A stretch of DNA of 64,000 nt from Squalus acanthias. Lineage: Eukaryota. Position 1 is the first letter of the stretch, and every line of letters starts with the position of its first letter. The notes under the pieces were generated by a model. The model saw only the letters and a list, made by a program, of their open reading frames with translations, searched no databases and was not told the DNA's origin. The stretch covers positions 28,646,001-28,710,000 of the forward strand of contig CM059433.1 of the NCBI GenBank assembly GCA_030390025.1. Direction: 5' to 3'. Of the stretch, positions 62,401 through 64,000 are shown piece after piece. The position numbers and the translations under genes are program-made.

Positions 62401-62975
62401 CCTGGATTCTGGAGAGGTCCCAGCAGATTGGAAAACCGCAAATGTAATGCCACTATTCAAGAAAGGAGGGAGACAGAAAGCAGGAAAATATAGGCCAGTT
62501 AGCCTAACATCTGTCATTGGGAAAATGCTAGAATCCATTATTAAGGAGGTAATAGCAGGACATTTAGAAAATCATAAGACAATCAAGCAGAGTCAACATG
62601 GTTTTATGAAAGGGAAATCATGTTTGACAAATTTGCTAGAGTTCTTTGAGGATGTAACAAACAGGGTAGATAAAGGGGAACCAGTAGATGTAGTGTATTT
62701 GGATTTCCAGAAGGCATTTGATAAGGTGCCACATAAAAGGTTACTGCACAAGATAAGAGCGCACGGGGTTGGGGTAATATATTGGCATGGATAGGGGATT
62801 GGTTAACTAACAGAAAACAGAGAGTCGGGATAAATGGGTCATTTTTGGGTTGGCAATCAGTAACTAGTGGGGTGCCACAGGGATCAGTGCTGGTGCCGCA
62901 ACTATTTACAATCTGCAGTAATGACTTGGATGAAGGGACTGAGTGTACTATAGCCAAATTTGCTGATGATACAGA
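59457..62975 (+). mobile_element. Long CR1 LINE: ORF1 SGNH-esterase end, APE endonuclease and RT, with deletions and a nested CR1
   Basis: ORF1 ...DLYKPDGLHLN...GEGLN* (ends 59701); APE motifs YLNARSIRNK, IAITET, LGKSDH; RT motifs [26 protein letters not shown]. Confidence 0.9.
60222..61639 (+). mobile_element. Younger CR1 nested in CR1
   Basis: RT-to-tail segment that interrupts the host reading NLIVK|DPLGKSDH; own tail ttcttatgttcttat; possible gat duplication. Confidence 0.85.
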
Positions 62976-64000
62976 GATAGAAACATAGAAAAATAGGAGC
63001 AAGAGTAGGCCATTCAGCCCTTCAAGCCTGCTCCGCTATTCAATTATTCAATATGATCATGGATGATCCTTGATCTCAATACCATATTCCTGCTCCCTCC
63101 CCATACCCCTTGATGTCTTTTCTGTCTAGAAATCTATCTATCTCCTTCTTAAATATATTCAATGACTTGGCCTCCACAGCCTTCTGTGGTAGAGAATTCC
63201 ACAGGTTCACCACCCTCTGTGTGAAGAAATTTCTCCTCATCTCAGTCCTAAATGTCCTACCCCATATCCTGAGACTGTGACCCCTCATTCTAGACCTCCC
63301 AGTCAGGGGAAACATCCTCCCTGCATCCAGTCTGTCTAGCCCAGTCAGAATTTTATATGTTTCAATGAGATCCCCTCTCATTCTTCTAAACTCTAGTGAA
63401 TACAGGCCTAGTCGACCCAATCTCTCCTCATACGACAGTCCTGCCATCCCAGGAATCAGTCTGGTGAACCTTTGCTGCACTCCCTCTATGGCAAGTATAT
63501 CCTTTCTTAGGTAAGGAGACCAAAACTGCACACAGTACTCCAGGTGTGGTCTCACCAAGGCCCTGTATAACTGTAGTAAGACATCCTTGCTCCTGTACTC
63601 AAATCATTTTGCAATGAAGGCCAACATACCATTTGCCTTCCTAACTGCTTGCTGCACCTGCATGTTTGCTTTCAGTGACTGGTGTACAAGGACACCCAGG
63701 TCCCTTTGTACGTCAACATTTTCCAATCTATCACCATTTAAATAATACTCTGCCTTTCTGTTTTTCCCACCAAAGTGGATAACTTCACATTTATCCACGT
63801 TATACTGCATCTGCCATGTATTTGCCCACTCACTCAACTTGTCTAAATCGCCTTGAAACCTCTTTGCATCTTCCTCACAACTCACAATCCCATCTAGTTT
63901 CGTGTCGTCAGCAAACTTGGAAATATTACATTTGGTTCCCTCATCCAAATCATTGATATATATTGTGAATAGCTGGGGCCCAAGCACTGATCCCTGCGGT
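62976..64000 (-). mobile_element. CR1 LINE 3' part, runs off the window
   Basis: LGPQLFTIYINDL, KFADDTKL, VRPHLEYCVQFWSP and FFTQRVVNLWNSLP motifs; tail at about 62976. Confidence 0.92.

Noticed and set aside
29606..64000. Further upstream KHDRBS exons (YDD/YE-rich exon, KH domain)
   Set aside because: I found no matching exon by eye; it probably lies beyond the window. TBLASTN with a KHDRBS2 protein would settle this

Overview
Eukaryotic, repeat-dense vertebrate DNA. The repeat content (SacSINE1/DeuSINE-like SINEs, CR1 and L2 LINEs, Penelope elements) points to a shark or other cartilaginous fish; this is an inference and no species is assigned. The only host gene I can support is the 3' end of a STAR-family RNA-binding protein gene on the minus strand, most likely KHDRBS2/SLM-1. 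It shows a 59-nt exon (29547-29605), a 9.9-kb intron, a terminal coding exon (19534-19628, ending YREHPYGRY*) and an AT-rich, TE-free 3' region. Everything above 29605 is probably one large intron. The rest is mobile DNA: many CR1, L2 and SINE fragments; TSD-flanked Penelope insertions with hammerhead-ribozyme motifs; a full-length decayed two-gene Harbinger transposon (38242-42398) with related MITEs; two hAT-type MITE families; and two satellites of about 4.3-4.4 kb. There are no prokaryotic features, and the long ORFs in the ORF track are satellite artefacts. I cannot claim a new biological system. The best leads are (1) a cluster of strong alternative splice sites around the KHDRBS terminal exon, which could give NLS-less or NMD isoforms, (2) the Penelope hammerheads, and (3) a satellite whose origin from a SINE can be read from the sequence. 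TE boundaries without a TSD are approximate, to tens of bases.
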